DNA of 64,000 bases from Candidatus Micrarchaeota archaeon (GCA_021802765.1 JAJZRI010000002.1:27299-91298); one strand, 5' to 3'. Positions 6,803 through 18,024 are shown, counted from the stretch's first letter. Made by a program: numbers and translations. Notes: generated by a model not told the origin, from the letters alone.

Positions 6803-8638
6803 ATGCAAAAAGTGAGGATAGTCTCACTAGAGCGGGACAAACCTAAGGTTGTTGCTGCGCTGCACATGCTCGGCGCCATTGACCTGCGGAAGAGCAAGCT
6901 TGAGATATCTGATGACAGATCCGATTCACGCTCTGGTGAACTCTCCGATTATCTGATAAAGGTTACTGGCGCTCTGCAGATGCTAAGTCCACAGCAGATA
7001 AAAACCGAGAAGCACATGTCCGTGGATCACATTATAAAGGAAGTTTCCAAGGCAAAGGTGCTAAACGAAATATATTCCCTTGCAAATGAACGCAAGCTAA
7101 TAGAGGACGACCAGAAAGCCATAGATTATGCACAGCACATAGCGAATGCTCTACACGGAGTCAGGATGGACTTCGCCAGGACGAAGAGCGATTATCTCTC
7201 ATACAGGGCGTTCGAGTCCGATTCAAGGAGTGCAAAGCAGGTCGCAAGCGCCATAAGCAGATCAAAATCCGAAGGCGTAGAGCTGAACATCTCCAAATCA
7301 GGCAAGAACCAGGAGCTAATCCTTCTCGTGGCCGACAAGAAGGCAAGTGTTGATGATCTTCTCAAGGGAATAAAGCTCAATGAACTCGACCTCTCTGCAA
7401 AATACCTTGAGGGAAGCCCCATAGAGGTACTTAAGACACTATCTTCAAGGAGAAAGACTAACGATAGGCGTCTTTCAGTAATAGCTGCAAGGCTCGCGGA
7501 CATAAGCAAGAGTAGCTATTCGCGGCTATCAAACCTCAGGGAGATGCTAGAGATAGAGCTCTCAAGGTCAGAGGTAAGCGGCGGCTTCAAGAGAACAGAC
7601 AACACCTTCGTAGTGGAGGGATGGGTCCAGAAGGAGCGCGTTGAAGAGCTCAAAGAAAGAATATCCAACGTTACGCACAAAAAGGCCTACATCGAGGAGC
7701 TTGAAGGCGATGAGCTTGCTCCTACAGTCACCAAGAGACCCAAGTTCTTACAGCCTTTTGATTACATGGTAAGCTTCTATTCTGTCCAGAGGAGCGATGA
7801 GATAGATCCTACATGGATCTTCATACTCCTGTTCCCTATATTCTACGGCCTCATGGTCACCGACGTCGGTTACGGATTTGCATCGCTGCTGCTTGCAACG
7901 TACATAACGAAGAAGACCGATCCTGACGGCCTGATGTACAATGCAGCCAAGATATGGCAGCTTAATTCCTTCGCCGCAATGTTCTTCGGCTTCCTATCCA
8001 ACCAGTACTTCGGATTCCAGCTTGGGTATTCGACGCCATTTAGCTTCGATTGGCTCAAGAACACACCAGAGATAATAGCAATATCCGTACTATTCGGCGT
8101 ATTGCAGGTGGTGATAGGTCTTGTCATAGGGATAATAAACAGCTACAACCACGGTCACAAGAAGATGGCTTATGCAAGATTCGCCTCAATACTCGTTGTT
8201 CTTCTGGGAACAGTTGCAGTATCAGGAGCATTTTTCGGCGCGTTCAACCCAACAATTACGGATATATCCGCAGCAATCGCTGTAGTATCGCTTATACTTA
8301 CAATAGTCTTCAGCGGAAGCGAAGCCACCGAAGTTACCAACCTGATAACACATCCTCTAAGCTACGCAAGGCTTATGGGGTTCGGCCTTGGAAGCGTCAT
8401 AATTGCGTTTCTTATAGACATGGCATTCACGCCACATATGAGCAGTGGCATTATCGTCTTCACGCTTTACCTAATCATATTTATAGCTTTACACTTCCTT
8501 AATATGGTGCTGTCGATATTCGAGGGGATCGTTCAGGGAATACGGCTCAATTTCGTCGAGTTCTTCTCGAAGTTCTATATAGGAAATGGGGTAAAATTCA
8601 AGCCCTTTAGCTATAGGAGGATTTATACTAAAGAATAA
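6803..8638 (+). CDS. atpI: A-type ATP synthase subunit I (a-subunit homologue)
   Basis: Hydrophilic N-terminal half plus multi-TM C-terminal half, positioned between atpH and atpK. ATG 6803 is preferred over the track's TTG at 6776. Confidence 0.85.
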   Translation: MQKVRIVSLERDKPKVVAALHMLGAIDLRKSKLEISDDRSDSRSGELSDYLIKVTGALQMLSPQQIKTEKHMSVDHIIKEVSKAKVLNEIYSLANERKLIEDDQKAIDYAQHIANALHGVRMDFARTKSDYLSYRAFESDSRSAKQVASAISRSKSEGVELNISKSGKNQELILLVADKKASVDDLLKGIKLNELDLSAKYLEGSPIEVLKTLSSRRKTNDRRLSVIAARLADISKSSYSRLSNLREMLEIELSRSEVSGGFKRTDNTFVVEGWVQKERVEELKERISNVTHKKAYIEELEGDELAPTVTKRPKFLQPFDYMVSFYSVQRSDEIDPTWIFILLFPIFYGLMVTDVGYGFASLLLATYITKKTDPDGLMYNAAKIWQLNSFAAMFFGFLSNQYFGFQLGYSTPFSFDWLKNTPEIIAISVLFGVLQVVIGLVIGIINSYNHGHKKMAYARFASILVVLLGTVAVSGAFFGAFNPTITDISAAIAVVSLILTIVFSGSEATEVTNLITHPLSYARLMGFGLGSVIIAFLIDMAFTPHMSSGIIVFTLYLIIFIALHFLNMVLSIFEGIVQGIRLNFVEFFSKFYIGNGVKFKPFSYRRIYTKE

Positions 8639-8887
8639 ATGGTGAATTATGTGGCAATAGACATGAACGCTGCGATAGCAGCAATAGGTGCCGGAGTTGC
8701 AATAGCGGGCGGAGCAATAGGAACCGGAGTGGCGCAGTCTGGAATAGGGAGCGCAGGTCTCGGATTGATAGCCGAGAAGAAGGAGAATCTTGGTATAGTC
8801 CTCCTCTTCTTCGTCATTCCCGAAACGCTTCTGATATTCGGTTTCGTGATAGCAATCCTGATAATGCTCACCGCAGGCATAGTATAA
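8639..8887 (+). CDS. atpK: A-type ATP synthase subunit K (proteolipid c)
   Basis: 82-aa hairpin. Motif 'GAGVAIAGGAIGTGVAQSGIG', with the conserved carboxylate in 'VIPETL'. Confidence 0.9.
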   Translation: MVNYVAIDMNAAIAAIGAGVAIAGGAIGTGVAQSGIGSAGLGLIAEKKENLGIVLLFFVIPETLLIFGFVIAILIMLTAGIV

Positions 8888-8896
8888 GGGGTAAGC

Positions 8897-9529
8897 ATGT
8901 CCCTAGATGCTATAAAGAAGAGCATTATCAGCGATGCACAGGCCAAGGCCTCTGCCATCGACTCCGAGGCTAGCAGCGAATCAAAGCGCATAGTAAAGGA
9001 GGCCGAAGAGAAAGCAAAAGGCATCCTTTCGCGTGCTGATTCCGAAGCAAAAACCGAGGCAGACCGACTTGTAAAAGAAGCCAGGGCGGGAGCTGAGACC
9101 GAAGCTAATTCAATGATACTGGAGGCAAGAGGCGCTGCAATAGAGCGCGCCCTCAAATCCGTCTCAAGCAGTGTAGAAAAGACAATATCTCACGAATACT
9201 CCAAGAAGCTCTTCGAGAGCGGACTTGCTCAGTTTAGGGAGGTATCAAACTCCACCCCCAAGGTAATGACTAGCAAGAAGAATGCGAACCTGCTCAAGGG
9301 AACAAAGTTTGGGGTAGAATACTCGGAGATCGATGGATTCATCTTCTCAACCGATGATGGAAGGATAAGGCTAAATGCTTCTGTTGACAGTGTGGTGGAG
9401 AAGAGCCTTGACGGGGCAAGGAAGCTCATATCGAAGGAGCTCTTTGGCGGACATACTGCTCCCAAACTGAGGCCGGAAAGGAAGCAGAAGCCGGCTGCGG
9501 CCAAGAAGGGCAAGAAGGGCAAAAAGTGA
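8897..9529 (+). CDS. atpE: A-type ATP synthase subunit E (with Lys-rich C-terminal tail)
   Basis: N-terminal coiled coil, a globular C-terminal part, and operon position. The tail reads 'KQKPAAAKKGKKGKK'. Confidence 0.8.
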   Translation: MSLDAIKKSIISDAQAKASAIDSEASSESKRIVKEAEEKAKGILSRADSEAKTEADRLVKEARAGAETEANSMILEARGAAIERALKSVSSSVEKTISHEYSKKLFESGLAQFREVSNSTPKVMTSKKNANLLKGTKFGVEYSEIDGFIFSTDDGRIRLNASVDSVVEKSLDGARKLISKELFGGHTAPKLRPERKQKPAAAKKGKKGKK

Positions 9530-9533
9530 TTCT

Positions 9534-10604
9534 TTGAAGGCAGGTTATGTTGCTGCAATGCATTACGGCTACTCCAGCGCTAGGGTCAAGGCCATGGAGA
9601 GCAGGCTCATAACCAACAAGATCATGCAGGAAATAATGAATGCCAAGGACGCCAGCAGCATACTCTCCATACTCTTTCAGGGAGACTATAAGAAGGAGCT
9701 TGAGGAGTTTGGCGGCCTGGAGATAAAGGGGGAGCTTATAGACTTCGCGCTAAGCAAGAATCTTGCCAAGAGCGTAGCCAAGCTCGTGCAGATCTCTCCA
9801 ACAACCGAAAGGAAACTTGTGCGCTCGATAGTGGGCAAATGGGATCTATACAACGTCAAGATTGCTATAGAGGCTAAAGACAGAAAGTCGAGCTATGATG
9901 CCATTGCAAGATACCTAATAGACTATGGCATGTATGATGCGGCATTCGTAAGGGACGTGATGCGCGAGGATTCCATAGAAGGGATGTTCAACAAGTTCAT
10001 GATAAATTCCCCGTACAGGGATATCCTCAAGGAGTCGCTGGAATCGTACAAGAAGAGCAAGAACGCCGTCGATGCCGTAGCTGCAATAGACAAGAACTAC
10101 TACAAGGCGCTGGGAGACGTCATAATAGGCTTAAGGGTCATAGACAACAGCTCGGCCAGGATAATAAAGATGGACATAGACATGAAGAACCTGCTTCTCA
10201 TGGTAAAGGCAAAGAGGGCGGGATTAAAGTTCTCAGAGATAAGCGGCAGCATAATTGGCAGCGGCAACATGCCTCCAAATGAGCTCGAGCAGATATACAA
10301 CGGCTCAAAGGACATAGAGTCGATGGTGATGCAGGCAAAGCTCTACGACATGAAAGCCGCAGTTGACGTCTACAAGTCGCAGAAGCTCAAGCACCTGCTC
10401 GTATTTGAGATAGGATTAAGGAATGCGATATTCAACAAGAGCATTAGCCTGCTCAATCACAGCATACTCTCATTCGGCGCGATACTCGCGTACGCCTACA
10501 TGAAGGAGATAGAGATATTCACTCTTAGGGTGCTGATAAACAGCAAGATGTATGGTCTTAGCAAGGAGGAGACCTCAAGGCTGATAGTATGGAAGAACGC
10601 TTAG
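9534..10604 (+). CDS. atpC: A-type ATP synthase subunit C (d-subunit homologue)
   Basis: 'YGYSSARVKAMESRLI' is the typical subunit C N-terminus. The start is uncertain: TTG 9534 or ATG 9558. Confidence 0.85.
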   Translation: MKAGYVAAMHYGYSSARVKAMESRLITNKIMQEIMNAKDASSILSILFQGDYKKELEEFGGLEIKGELIDFALSKNLAKSVAKLVQISPTTERKLVRSIVGKWDLYNVKIAIEAKDRKSSYDAIARYLIDYGMYDAAFVRDVMREDSIEGMFNKFMINSPYRDILKESLESYKKSKNAVDAVAAIDKNYYKALGDVIIGLRVIDNSSARIIKMDIDMKNLLLMVKAKRAGLKFSEISGSIIGSGNMPPNELEQIYNGSKDIESMVMQAKLYDMKAAVDVYKSQKLKHLLVFEIGLRNAIFNKSISLLNHSILSFGAILAYAYMKEIEIFTLRVLINSKMYGLSKEETSRLIVWKNA

Positions 10605-10936
10605 ACAAGGGATACAAGATAGCATACGTGGGCAACAACCTGCTTAGCGTGGGCTTCAAGATCGCCGGGATAACCGAGTCATACGTAGCATCAGACTCTG
10701 CGCAGGCGGAGAGCAGGATGAAGGAGCTCACTACAAGAAGCGACATCGGGATAATAATTATCACATCATCCGTAAGGAAGCTGATAAAGGACAGGAGGCT
10801 CTCCGAGGCAATATCCTCGAGCCTTCTACCTCTTGTGATGGAGATTCCGGAGCTCAACGAGCAGGTGCTTGAGGAGGACACTCTCAGGAATCTGATAATG
10901 CGCGCGATAGGAATAGACATAACAAAGAACGTATGA
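10589..10936 (+). CDS. atpF: A-type ATP synthase subunit F
   Basis: 115 aa, 'KIAYVGNNLLSVGFKIAGI...IGIIIITSSV', plus operon position. Confidence 0.85.
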   Translation: MEERLDKGYKIAYVGNNLLSVGFKIAGITESYVASDSAQAESRMKELTTRSDIGIIIITSSVRKLIKDRRLSEAISSSLLPLVMEIPELNEQVLEEDTLRNLIMRAIGIDITKNV

Positions 10937-10970
10937 TCAGATGAATATTATTGATATTTAAGTGGTTGAT

Positions 10971-12743
10971 ATGGGAAATATTGAAAGAATCTCCGGGCCT
11001 CTTGTCGTAGCAAACGGCATGACGGGCACCAAGATGTATGACGTAGTGAAGGTAGGCGACGCGAAGCTTATAGGAGAGATAATCCAGCTCAAGAAGGATC
11101 GCGCCGTGATCCAGGTGTATGAGGATACGACCGGGCTCAAGCCAGGAGAGGCCGTAGTATCAACAGGAGAGCCCCTCTCAGTCGAGCTCGGTCCTGGCGT
11201 CCTTGGAAACATATACGACGGAATCCAAAGGCCTCTTGAGATACTCGAGGCTAAGAGCGGCGCATTCATCGGGAAGGGATTGACGGCTGATGCGGTAAGC
11301 AGATCAAAGAAATGGAAATTCGTCGCTGAGAAAGGGGTCAAGAACGGAGCGAATGTGAAGCAGGGTCAGATAATAGGGCACGTGCAGGAGACCGAATTCC
11401 TAAAGCACTACATAATGGTTCCTGCGGGAGTCGACGGAAAGATAAGCGGGTTAAAGGACGGCACTTTCAAGGTGGACGATAGGATTGCAACGGTTGAGAA
11501 GGGGGGAAAGAAGACAGAGATCACAATGCTCCAAAAGAGGTCTGTTAGGAGGGCCAATCCATTCACAAGGAAGTTCAGGACAGAGGAGCCTTTGATAACC
11601 GGCCAAAGAGTCATAGACATGCTCTTCCCGATAGCAAAGGGAGGAACCGCTGCAGCTCCTGGGCCATTCGGAAGCGGAAAGACTGTAATACAGCACCAGC
11701 TTGCGAAATGGTCGGATGCGGACATAATAATCTACGTCGGATGCGGTGAGCGAGGAAACGAGATGACCGAAGTCCTTGAGGAGTTCCCTCACCTTAAGGA
11801 TCCTAAGACCGGAAGGCCGCTAATAGAGAGGACAACGCTAATAGCAAATACAAGCAACATGCCTGTGGCCGCAAGAGAGGCCAGTATATATACCGGAATA
11901 ACCATGGCCGAGTACTTCAGGGACATGGGATACAGCGTCGCAATACTTGCTGATTCAACTTCAAGATGGGCCGAGGCAATGAGAGAGATATCTGCAAGGC
12001 TCGAGGAGATGCCTGGAGAGGAAGGATATCCTGCTTATCTGCCAAAGAGGCTTGCAGAATATTATGAGCGTAGCGGCAAGGTTGAATCGCTCGGAGGGAA
12101 GGTCGGATCAATAACAATAGTGGGGGCGGTCTCTCCTGCAGGAGGAGACCTCTCAGAGCCCGTGTCGCAGGGAACTTTAAGAGTCGTGAAGACCTTCTGG
12201 TCCCTTGACGCGTCTCTTGCATACGCAAGGCACTTCCCTTCAATAAACTGGCTCACGAGCTACTCGCTCTACGGCCCTGACCTTGAACCATGGTACGTGA
12301 AGAACTACGGTGAGGAGTTCATCTCCAACAAGGACGAGGTAATGAAGATACTGCAGAAGGAGTCAGAGCTCAAGGACATAGTGCAGCTTGTAGGTGCCGA
12401 GGCTCTTCCGGACGAGGAACGACTTGTACTGGAGATAGGGAGGATGCTCAGGGAGGATTTCCTAAGGCAATCCGCATTCGACGAGATAGATGCATACACA
12501 AGCATGAAGAAACAGATATTCATGATCTCAACGATACTTCACTTCAGGAAGATGGCTCAGGAGGCGATAAAGGTCGGAGTGAACGTTGACAAGATAGGCA
12601 AGCTAAAAGTACGGGAGAGCATCTCAAGAATGAAGGAGACCAAGGAGGATGACGTTGCAAGGGCAGACGCAAGGATAAAGTCGGAGATAGATTCCGAGTT
12701 CAATGCTCTGCTAAAGGAGTACAGGCAGGGTGAAGTGGAGTAG
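10971..12743 (+). CDS. atpA: A-type ATP synthase catalytic subunit A
   Basis: '[14 protein letters not shown]' N-terminus, Walker A 'GPFGSGKTV', and '[13 protein letters not shown]'. There is no intein insertion. ATG 10971 is preferred over GTG 10962. Confidence 0.97.
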   Translation: MGNIERISGPLVVANGMTGTKMYDVVKVGDAKLIGEIIQLKKDRAVIQVYEDTTGLKPGEAVVSTGEPLSVELGPGVLGNIYDGIQRPLEILEAKSGAFIGKGLTADAVSRSKKWKFVAEKGVKNGANVKQGQIIGHVQETEFLKHYIMVPAGVDGKISGLKDGTFKVDDRIATVEKGGKKTEITMLQKRSVRRANPFTRKFRTEEPLITGQRVIDMLFPIAKGGTAAAPGPFGSGKTVIQHQLAKWSDADIIIYVGCGERGNEMTEVLEEFPHLKDPKTGRPLIERTTLIANTSNMPVAAREASIYTGITMAEYFRDMGYSVAILADSTSRWAEAMREISARLEEMPGEEGYPAYLPKRLAEYYERSGKVESLGGKVGSITIVGAVSPAGGDLSEPVSQGTLRVVKTFWSLDASLAYARHFPSINWLTSYSLYGPDLEPWYVKNYGEEFISNKDEVMKILQKESELKDIVQLVGAEALPDEERLVLEIGRMLREDFLRQSAFDEIDAYTSMKKQIFMISTILHFRKMAQEAIKVGVNVDKIGKLKVRESISRMKETKEDDVARADARIKSEIDSEFNALLKEYRQGEVE

Positions 12744-12751
12744 GTGATATT

Positions 12752-14134
12752 ATGAAATTCGAGATAGAATATAGCACAATAGAGAACGTTGCGGGACCTC
12801 TGGTAGTTGTAGGGAAGATAAGGAATGCACAGTACAACGAAATCGTGAAGATAAAGCTCCAGAACGGAGAAGAGAGGCTCGGACAGGTGCTCGATACCAG
12901 CGATACGCAGGCTGTTGTACAGGTCTTTGGTCCTACTGACGGAATAAACGTCAATAAGACATCCGTAAGTTTTCTTGGAGAGACCTTCAGGGTCGGAGTA
13001 AGCGAGGACATGCTTGGAAGGGTCTTCGACGGACAGGGGAGGCCAAGGGACTCTGGCGCATCGGTAGCTGCTCAGGAGAGCAGGGACATAAATGGTGCCC
13101 CGATAAATCCGGTGGCAAGGGCATCTCCTAGCGATTTCATAGAGACAGGAATATCTGCCATAGACGGCCTGAACACTCTGGTAAGGGGGCAGAAGCTTCC
13201 AATATTCTCGGCATCAGGGCTTCCGCACAACCAGCTTGTCACGCAGATCACAAGGCAGGCCAACGTCAAGAATTCAACTGAGAGCTTCGCAGTTGTATTT
13301 GCAGGAATAGGCATAACCTACGATGACTACAGCTACTTCGTCAGCGAGTTCAGGAAGACCGGCGCGCTTAAGAGGACGGTGGCCTTCATCAACCTTGCAG
13401 ACGATCCGAGCATAGAAAGAATAATTACGCCAAGGCTTGCGCTCACAACGGCAGAATACCTTGCATACGAGAAAGGAATGCACGTTCTGGTGATACTAAC
13501 GGACATGACAAATTACGCCGAGGCTCTCAGGGAGCTCTCAAGCGCAAGGGAAGAGGTGCCTGGAAGGAGAGGATATCCTGGATACATGTACACTGACCTA
13601 GCAAGCCTATACGAGCGTGCGGGCTTGGTGAAGGGAAAGAAGGGAAGCATAACTCAGCTTGATGTGGTAACAATGCCAAGCGACGACGTCACCCATCCGA
13701 TACCTGACCTTACTGGTTACATAACTGAGGGACAGATGTTCCTTAGCAGGGAGCTTGTCAACAAGGGGCTCTATCCAGCGATACAGCCGCAGGGCTCATT
13801 GTCTAGGCTCATGAACAACGGTATAGGAAATGGAAAGACACGTGAGGATCACAGAGGTGTGGCGGACCAGCTATACGGGATGTATGCAAAAGCGCTAGAC
13901 GCAAAAAATCTCAGCGCAATAGTGGGAGCAGAGGCTCTGAGCGAGAGCGACAGGAGATATTTGAAGTTTGGTGACGATTTCGAAAGCAGGTTCCTCAAGC
14001 AGGGCTTCTATGAGCGCAGAACAATAGAGGAGACGCTCAATCTTGGATGGGAGCTTCTTTCGGAAATTCCTGAAGGCGAGCTCACCAGAGTCAAGAAGGA
14101 ATTTATTGAGAAATACTACAAGAAGAAGGCATAA
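12752..14134 (+). CDS. atpB: A-type ATP synthase subunit B
   Basis: '[27 protein letters not shown]' and '[15 protein letters not shown]'. Confidence 0.97.
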   Translation: MKFEIEYSTIENVAGPLVVVGKIRNAQYNEIVKIKLQNGEERLGQVLDTSDTQAVVQVFGPTDGINVNKTSVSFLGETFRVGVSEDMLGRVFDGQGRPRDSGASVAAQESRDINGAPINPVARASPSDFIETGISAIDGLNTLVRGQKLPIFSASGLPHNQLVTQITRQANVKNSTESFAVVFAGIGITYDDYSYFVSEFRKTGALKRTVAFINLADDPSIERIITPRLALTTAEYLAYEKGMHVLVILTDMTNYAEALRELSSAREEVPGRRGYPGYMYTDLASLYERAGLVKGKKGSITQLDVVTMPSDDVTHPIPDLTGYITEGQMFLSRELVNKGLYPAIQPQGSLSRLMNNGIGNGKTREDHRGVADQLYGMYAKALDAKNLSAIVGAEALSESDRRYLKFGDDFESRFLKQGFYERRTIEETLNLGWELLSEIPEGELTRVKKEFIEKYYKKKA

Positions 14135-14136
14135 GG

Positions 14137-14760
14137 ATGGCAAATCTAAACCCGACAAGGCTCAATCTCATAAACCTCAAGAAGAGGATAGTCACTGCTA
14201 GGAAGGGTTATGGGATACTAAAGAGGAAGAGGGAGGTGCTTGTCATAGAGTTTCTCAACCTCCTCAAGCAGTCCAAGGAGAGCAGGTCGGTGCTTAACGA
14301 CTTGGTGCAGCAATCGTACAAGACTGTTACCATAGCCTCCACATACGTGGGAAACTTCGAACTTGAGGATGTGGCCATGCACATGAAGGAGGCAGAGCCC
14401 GTCAAGATACGCATAAAGAACATAATGGGTGTGCGCATACCAGAGATAACAAGGGCGCAAAGGCCGCCACAGATATCATTCTCAGTGCTTCCTTCAAGTC
14501 TTGCTGTTGACGATATAAGCGATACCTTTGTTAGAGCCACCAATTCCATAATAGACGTGGCACAACGCGAACAGGGCCTCAAGCGTCTTGTAATTGAGAT
14601 AGACAAGACAAAGAGGAGAGTCAATGCCCTGGATTATAGGATAATACCTGGGATGATAAAGCAGTCAAAATATATACGCATGCGGCTTGAAGAGATAGAT
14701 AGAGATACATTCAGTGCGCTCAAGCACGTCAAGAAAAAGATCCAGACTGCACACCAGTGA
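14137..14760 (+). CDS. atpD: A-type ATP synthase subunit D
   Basis: 'NPTRLNLINLKKRIVTARKGYGILKRKREVL' and 'RRVNALDYRIIP'. It is the last gene of the operon. Confidence 0.9.
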   Translation: MANLNPTRLNLINLKKRIVTARKGYGILKRKREVLVIEFLNLLKQSKESRSVLNDLVQQSYKTVTIASTYVGNFELEDVAMHMKEAEPVKIRIKNIMGVRIPEITRAQRPPQISFSVLPSSLAVDDISDTFVRATNSIIDVAQREQGLKRLVIEIDKTKRRVNALDYRIIPGMIKQSKYIRMRLEEIDRDTFSALKHVKKKIQTAHQ

Positions 14761-15547
14761 ATCTGCTCTTCTTCTTCGGCTTGAACTTTATCCACGCAAC
14801 TATTCCTGCTACCACTATCGCTGCGAATACCGCATAGTACGCAAGATCGTTCACGGTCTGCCTGCCAGATACTGGCGTGAGAAGGAACGCAGAGAAGTTG
14901 CCTGCAATTCCGTATCCAGAAAGGTTGCTCTCTTGTATTGCCAATGGGGGATAATAAAATTCCCCTGTCACATTTCCGGTGACTGCGTCAACGTACATCC
15001 CATAATAGTTTTGACCCTTTCCAGGCTCATGGCTAACCACTGCCCAAGCAATACTGTAATTTGATTGCGTGCTTGTATTCTGTACGAATAGGCCAACAAG
15101 TCTCGCACTGTCATTGTAAAGGCCGTATCCTTCGCTTATGTTTATTGCATTGTATGCCGAGATTGTTGCAACATAAGGCCCGGCAGGGCCTATATACTTA
15201 ACAATCCTGCTCCCGTTTAATATTACTGTTATCCCAAGCCGTCTTCCTCCAACATTTGACGACTGTGTACCGTTTGCGAAAGGCACACTATAAGAGAAGT
15301 AGACTAGGCTCATGTTGCCATAATACGAGCCTCCGGATAGATTGACATAATGGTCGTAATAACTCTGTCCAAGAACTCTAGATATGTATGTAGCCGCTTG
15401 ATATGCGCTGCTGAGTTTTACTGCTCCAGAATACGATGCGTTTGTGCCGTAGGATATTATGCTTGTATTTTGAGACATCGTGTACTGGGCACTATTCAAG
15501 GAAAGGACCAATGCCAACAGAATGGCATAGGTCAGGAGCTTATCCAT
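14729..15547 (-). CDS. Secreted, sequon-rich protein with C-terminal TM anchor (possible PepSY-like segment)
   Basis: Signal peptide 'MDKLLTYAILLALVLSLNSA'. C-terminus 'LAYYAVFAAIVVAGIVAWIKFKPKKK'. 'YYGMYVDAVTGNVTG' is PepSY-like. The gene is convergent with atpD and overlaps its 3' end by 32 nt. Confidence 0.55.
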   Translation of the reverse strand: MDKLLTYAILLALVLSLNSAQYTMSQNTSIISYGTNASYSGAVKLSSAYQAATYISRVLGQSYYDHYVNLSGGSYYGNMSLVYFSYSVPFANGTQSSNVGGRRLGITVILNGSRIVKYIGPAGPYVATISAYNAINISEGYGLYNDSARLVGLFVQNTSTQSNYSIAWAVVSHEPGKGQNYYGMYVDAVTGNVTGEFYYPPLAIQESNLSGYGIAGNFSAFLLTPVSGRQTVNDLAYYAVFAAIVVAGIVAWIKFKPKKKSRFTGVQSGSFS

Positions 15548-15603
15548 AGCCTACCTATACCATATGTTATTAAGCTATTTTAAATCTATTTATATGGGTC
15601 AGT

Positions 15604-16299
15604 ATGACTAACGCATGCCTTTACAGCGGCGGAAAGGACTCCACACTTGCCCTGCACAAGGTTGTCTCTATGGGCATAAAGATAGACCTGCTCATCACTA
15701 TGATATCGAAGAGCAAGGAGAGCTACATGTTCCATTATCCAAACGTCCAGTATACAAAGCTCCAGGCCGAATCGCTGGGAATAAGGCAAGTATTTGCAAA
15801 GACCGAGGGTAAAAAAGAAGAGGAGCTTGATGATCTTAGGAAGGTTCTAAAGGATAATGATGTGAAGCTTCTTGTGACCGGAGCAACGTACAGCAGGTAT
15901 CAGGGAGACCGCGTAAATAACATTGCAAAAGAGCTTGGGATAGAGCACATGGCACCGCTTTGGCATATAGATCCTGAGGCAGAACTTACTGAGATAGAAC
16001 GCGATTTCAATGCCATAATAACCTCAGTCTCAGCAGAGGGCTTTGACGAGTCTTTCCTTGGCAAGAAAATAGACAACGACATGATCTCAAGACTTAGGGA
16101 GCTTAAGAAAAAGTATGGGATAAACATGCTATTCGAGGGCGGCGAGGCAGAAAGTTTTGTGCTAGATGCGCCTCTATTCACAAAGAAGATAGAGATTAAA
16201 AAATCAAGGACAGAATGGAACGGCAATAGGGGAATGTATCTGATAGAGGAGGCGGAGTTAGCAGATAAGGTCTTTAAGGACACCGACGTCGATCTTTGA
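15604..16299 (+). CDS. PP-loop ATP-binding protein, diphthine-ammonia ligase (Dph6/MJ0570)-like
   Basis: 'ACLYSGGKDSTLAL' PP-loop at the N-terminus. The 231-aa size matches the stand-alone MJ0570 family. Confidence 0.6.
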   Translation: MTNACLYSGGKDSTLALHKVVSMGIKIDLLITMISKSKESYMFHYPNVQYTKLQAESLGIRQVFAKTEGKKEEELDDLRKVLKDNDVKLLVTGATYSRYQGDRVNNIAKELGIEHMAPLWHIDPEAELTEIERDFNAIITSVSAEGFDESFLGKKIDNDMISRLRELKKKYGINMLFEGGEAESFVLDAPLFTKKIEIKKSRTEWNGNRGMYLIEEAELADKVFKDTDVDL

Positions 16300-17097
16300 C
16301 TAATCTCTCCGTATCTCCTTTATCTTTTCTATCAGTGCTCTTGTCTTTGGTAGCTTTCTGTAATCTGCATTATTAAATATATCATCAAATTTTTTATCGG
16401 CATCTTTAGGGAAGTATGTGGCAAGATCCCTTTTGAGTTCCTTTACGCTCATTGAAAGTTCATAGCGGTCCTTAAGGCTTATCTGAATTATGGCCTGAAT
16501 GTCCTTGCTGTCCTTGTCTCCGCGTCCCATCGCAGATTCACGGGCTGCAAGTTTCATTATTAATAGGTGTGGTATCGAGGCAACCAGGAATTCCATTTGT
16601 TCTCCGTTCTCATCGGTAAAGCGCCTGTCCTTACTGTCGCCTATTATGTCCCATATCGGCACGCCTCCTATATCATTTTTAGAGACTCTGCCGTTAACAG
16701 ATGAGACATATCCAGGATAATAAAGGTCTATCTTGATGAAACCGTCTGGCATAGTGCCATCAGTCTCTTTGCTATAATACTTGAGCTTCATTCTTGACGC
16801 AGAGGCAGGATCTCCGTTTATCTCAAATCTTGCTCCAAAAAGCGATGCGTATTCATTCATCGCATCGAATTCAGCTTTAGTTGGTTTGTGGTCAAGCACT
16901 ACATCTATGTCGTGCGAGGGTCTCCAGTGCTGCTTTGTCCATATGTTTACCGCCCTCCCGCCGATTATAACCACAGGAGTCTCCACCGCTGCTCCAACGA
17001 AATCAACAATCTTCTTCACTTCTATTGGAGGTATATTCGACCTACTAACCTCTGCCCTCCTACGGACGCCTCCCTGAGAATCTACTATTCTTGCCAT
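16300..17097 (-). CDS. Predicted nucleotidyltransferase-fold protein (AbiEii/MNT-like pattern)
   Basis: 'VVIIGGRAVNIWTKQHWRPSHDIDVVL' fits the hG[GS]-x(n)-DhDh nucleotidyltransferase motif. No partner gene is evident. Confidence 0.35.
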   Translation of the reverse strand: MARIVDSQGGVRRRAEVSRSNIPPIEVKKIVDFVGAAVETPVVIIGGRAVNIWTKQHWRPSHDIDVVLDHKPTKAEFDAMNEYASLFGARFEINGDPASASRMKLKYYSKETDGTMPDGFIKIDLYYPGYVSSVNGRVSKNDIGGVPIWDIIGDSKDRRFTDENGEQMEFLVASIPHLLIMKLAARESAMGRGDKDSKDIQAIIQISLKDRYELSMSVKELKRDLATYFPKDADKKFDDIFNNADYRKLPKTRALIEKIKEIRRD

Positions 17098-17322
17098 AAA
17101 ACTTTCCTACTTTATATTGGTCCTTTTCTGATATTTAAGTCTTCTTTGGTTTATTCGACTGCAAAGACTGGTTTGACGCGTGTGCTACACGTGGGAAAGG
17201 CGTATATACCACAAAGTGCCTAATATGAGTTGTGAAGGTTTGCGGTGCAGGACGGACAGTTTTGTCTTCCGACGCCGGTGCGGCGATCCGACGTTCCTTC
17301 CCAATGTGCTGCTAGATGGTTT

Positions 17323-18024
17323 TTAGGTTCTGTTTTTGCCCATTATGAACTTATCATAGAGCAGTCCAGCAAGCACTCCGCCTATCAACGGTCCTATCCA
17401 ATATACATACCAGTCTGCAAAGTTTAGCGTTGCAAGTTCTGGTCCGAATGCTCTGGCAGGATTTGCTGCAGCTCCTGTTAGCGGTCCTGCCACAAGTATT
17501 AGCGCAACAAGTGTGAATCCCACCCCAAAGCCCGCAATCTTTGGTGCCCTCTTATCTACAGTTGTACCGAATACAGACATGACAAGAATGAACGTTATTA
17601 TCGCTTCTATTGCAATCCCCTGGACGACGCCTACGTATGGGCTCAATGTTGTGGCTCCAAGGGAGCTTCCTGCAACATACTGCGCAGGCATCATCAAGAG
17701 AAGCAGTATGGCCCCTATTGCCGCACCAGCTAACTGGGCAATAACATATGAAACAGCATCACGTCCCCCTATTCTTTTTGTCACGTACATTGCAGCTGTG
17801 ACTGCGGGATTGATGTGGCCACCAGATATGCCCATCGCAATTGATATTGCAATCCCAAGCGCCAGCCCATGTGCCAGTGCAACAAGCAGTAGCTGCCCAG
17901 ACCCGCCTCCTAGACTGCTAGATACTACTATGGATCCTGCACCTAGAAACACCAGCAGGAAGGTCCCAAGAGCTTCAACGAATAGTTTTTGTGTAAGTTT
18001 ATTTTCTGTCACAGTTCCACCCAT
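17323..18024 (-). CDS. aqpM: Aquaporin / MIP-family channel
   Basis: Two NPA boxes, 'SGGHINPAVT' and 'GAAANPARAFGP', and six TM segments. Confidence 0.9.
   Translation of the reverse strand: MGGTVTENKLTQKLFVEALGTFLLVFLGAGSIVVSSSLGGGSGQLLLVALAHGLALGIAISIAMGISGGHINPAVTAAMYVTKRIGGRDAVSYVIAQLAGAAIGAILLLLMMPAQYVAGSSLGATTLSPYVGVVQGIAIEAIITFILVMSVFGTTVDKRAPKIAGFGVGFTLVALILVAGPLTGAAANPARAFGPELATLNFADWYVYWIGPLIGGVLAGLLYDKFIMGKNRT

Noticed and set aside
8647-9156. 169-aa minus-strand ORF.
   Set aside because: It is antisense to atpK and atpE.
10971-12743. Checked atpA for an intein, as occurs in some archaeal A subunits.
   Set aside because: The 590-aa sequence is contiguous through the Walker A region, with no insertion.
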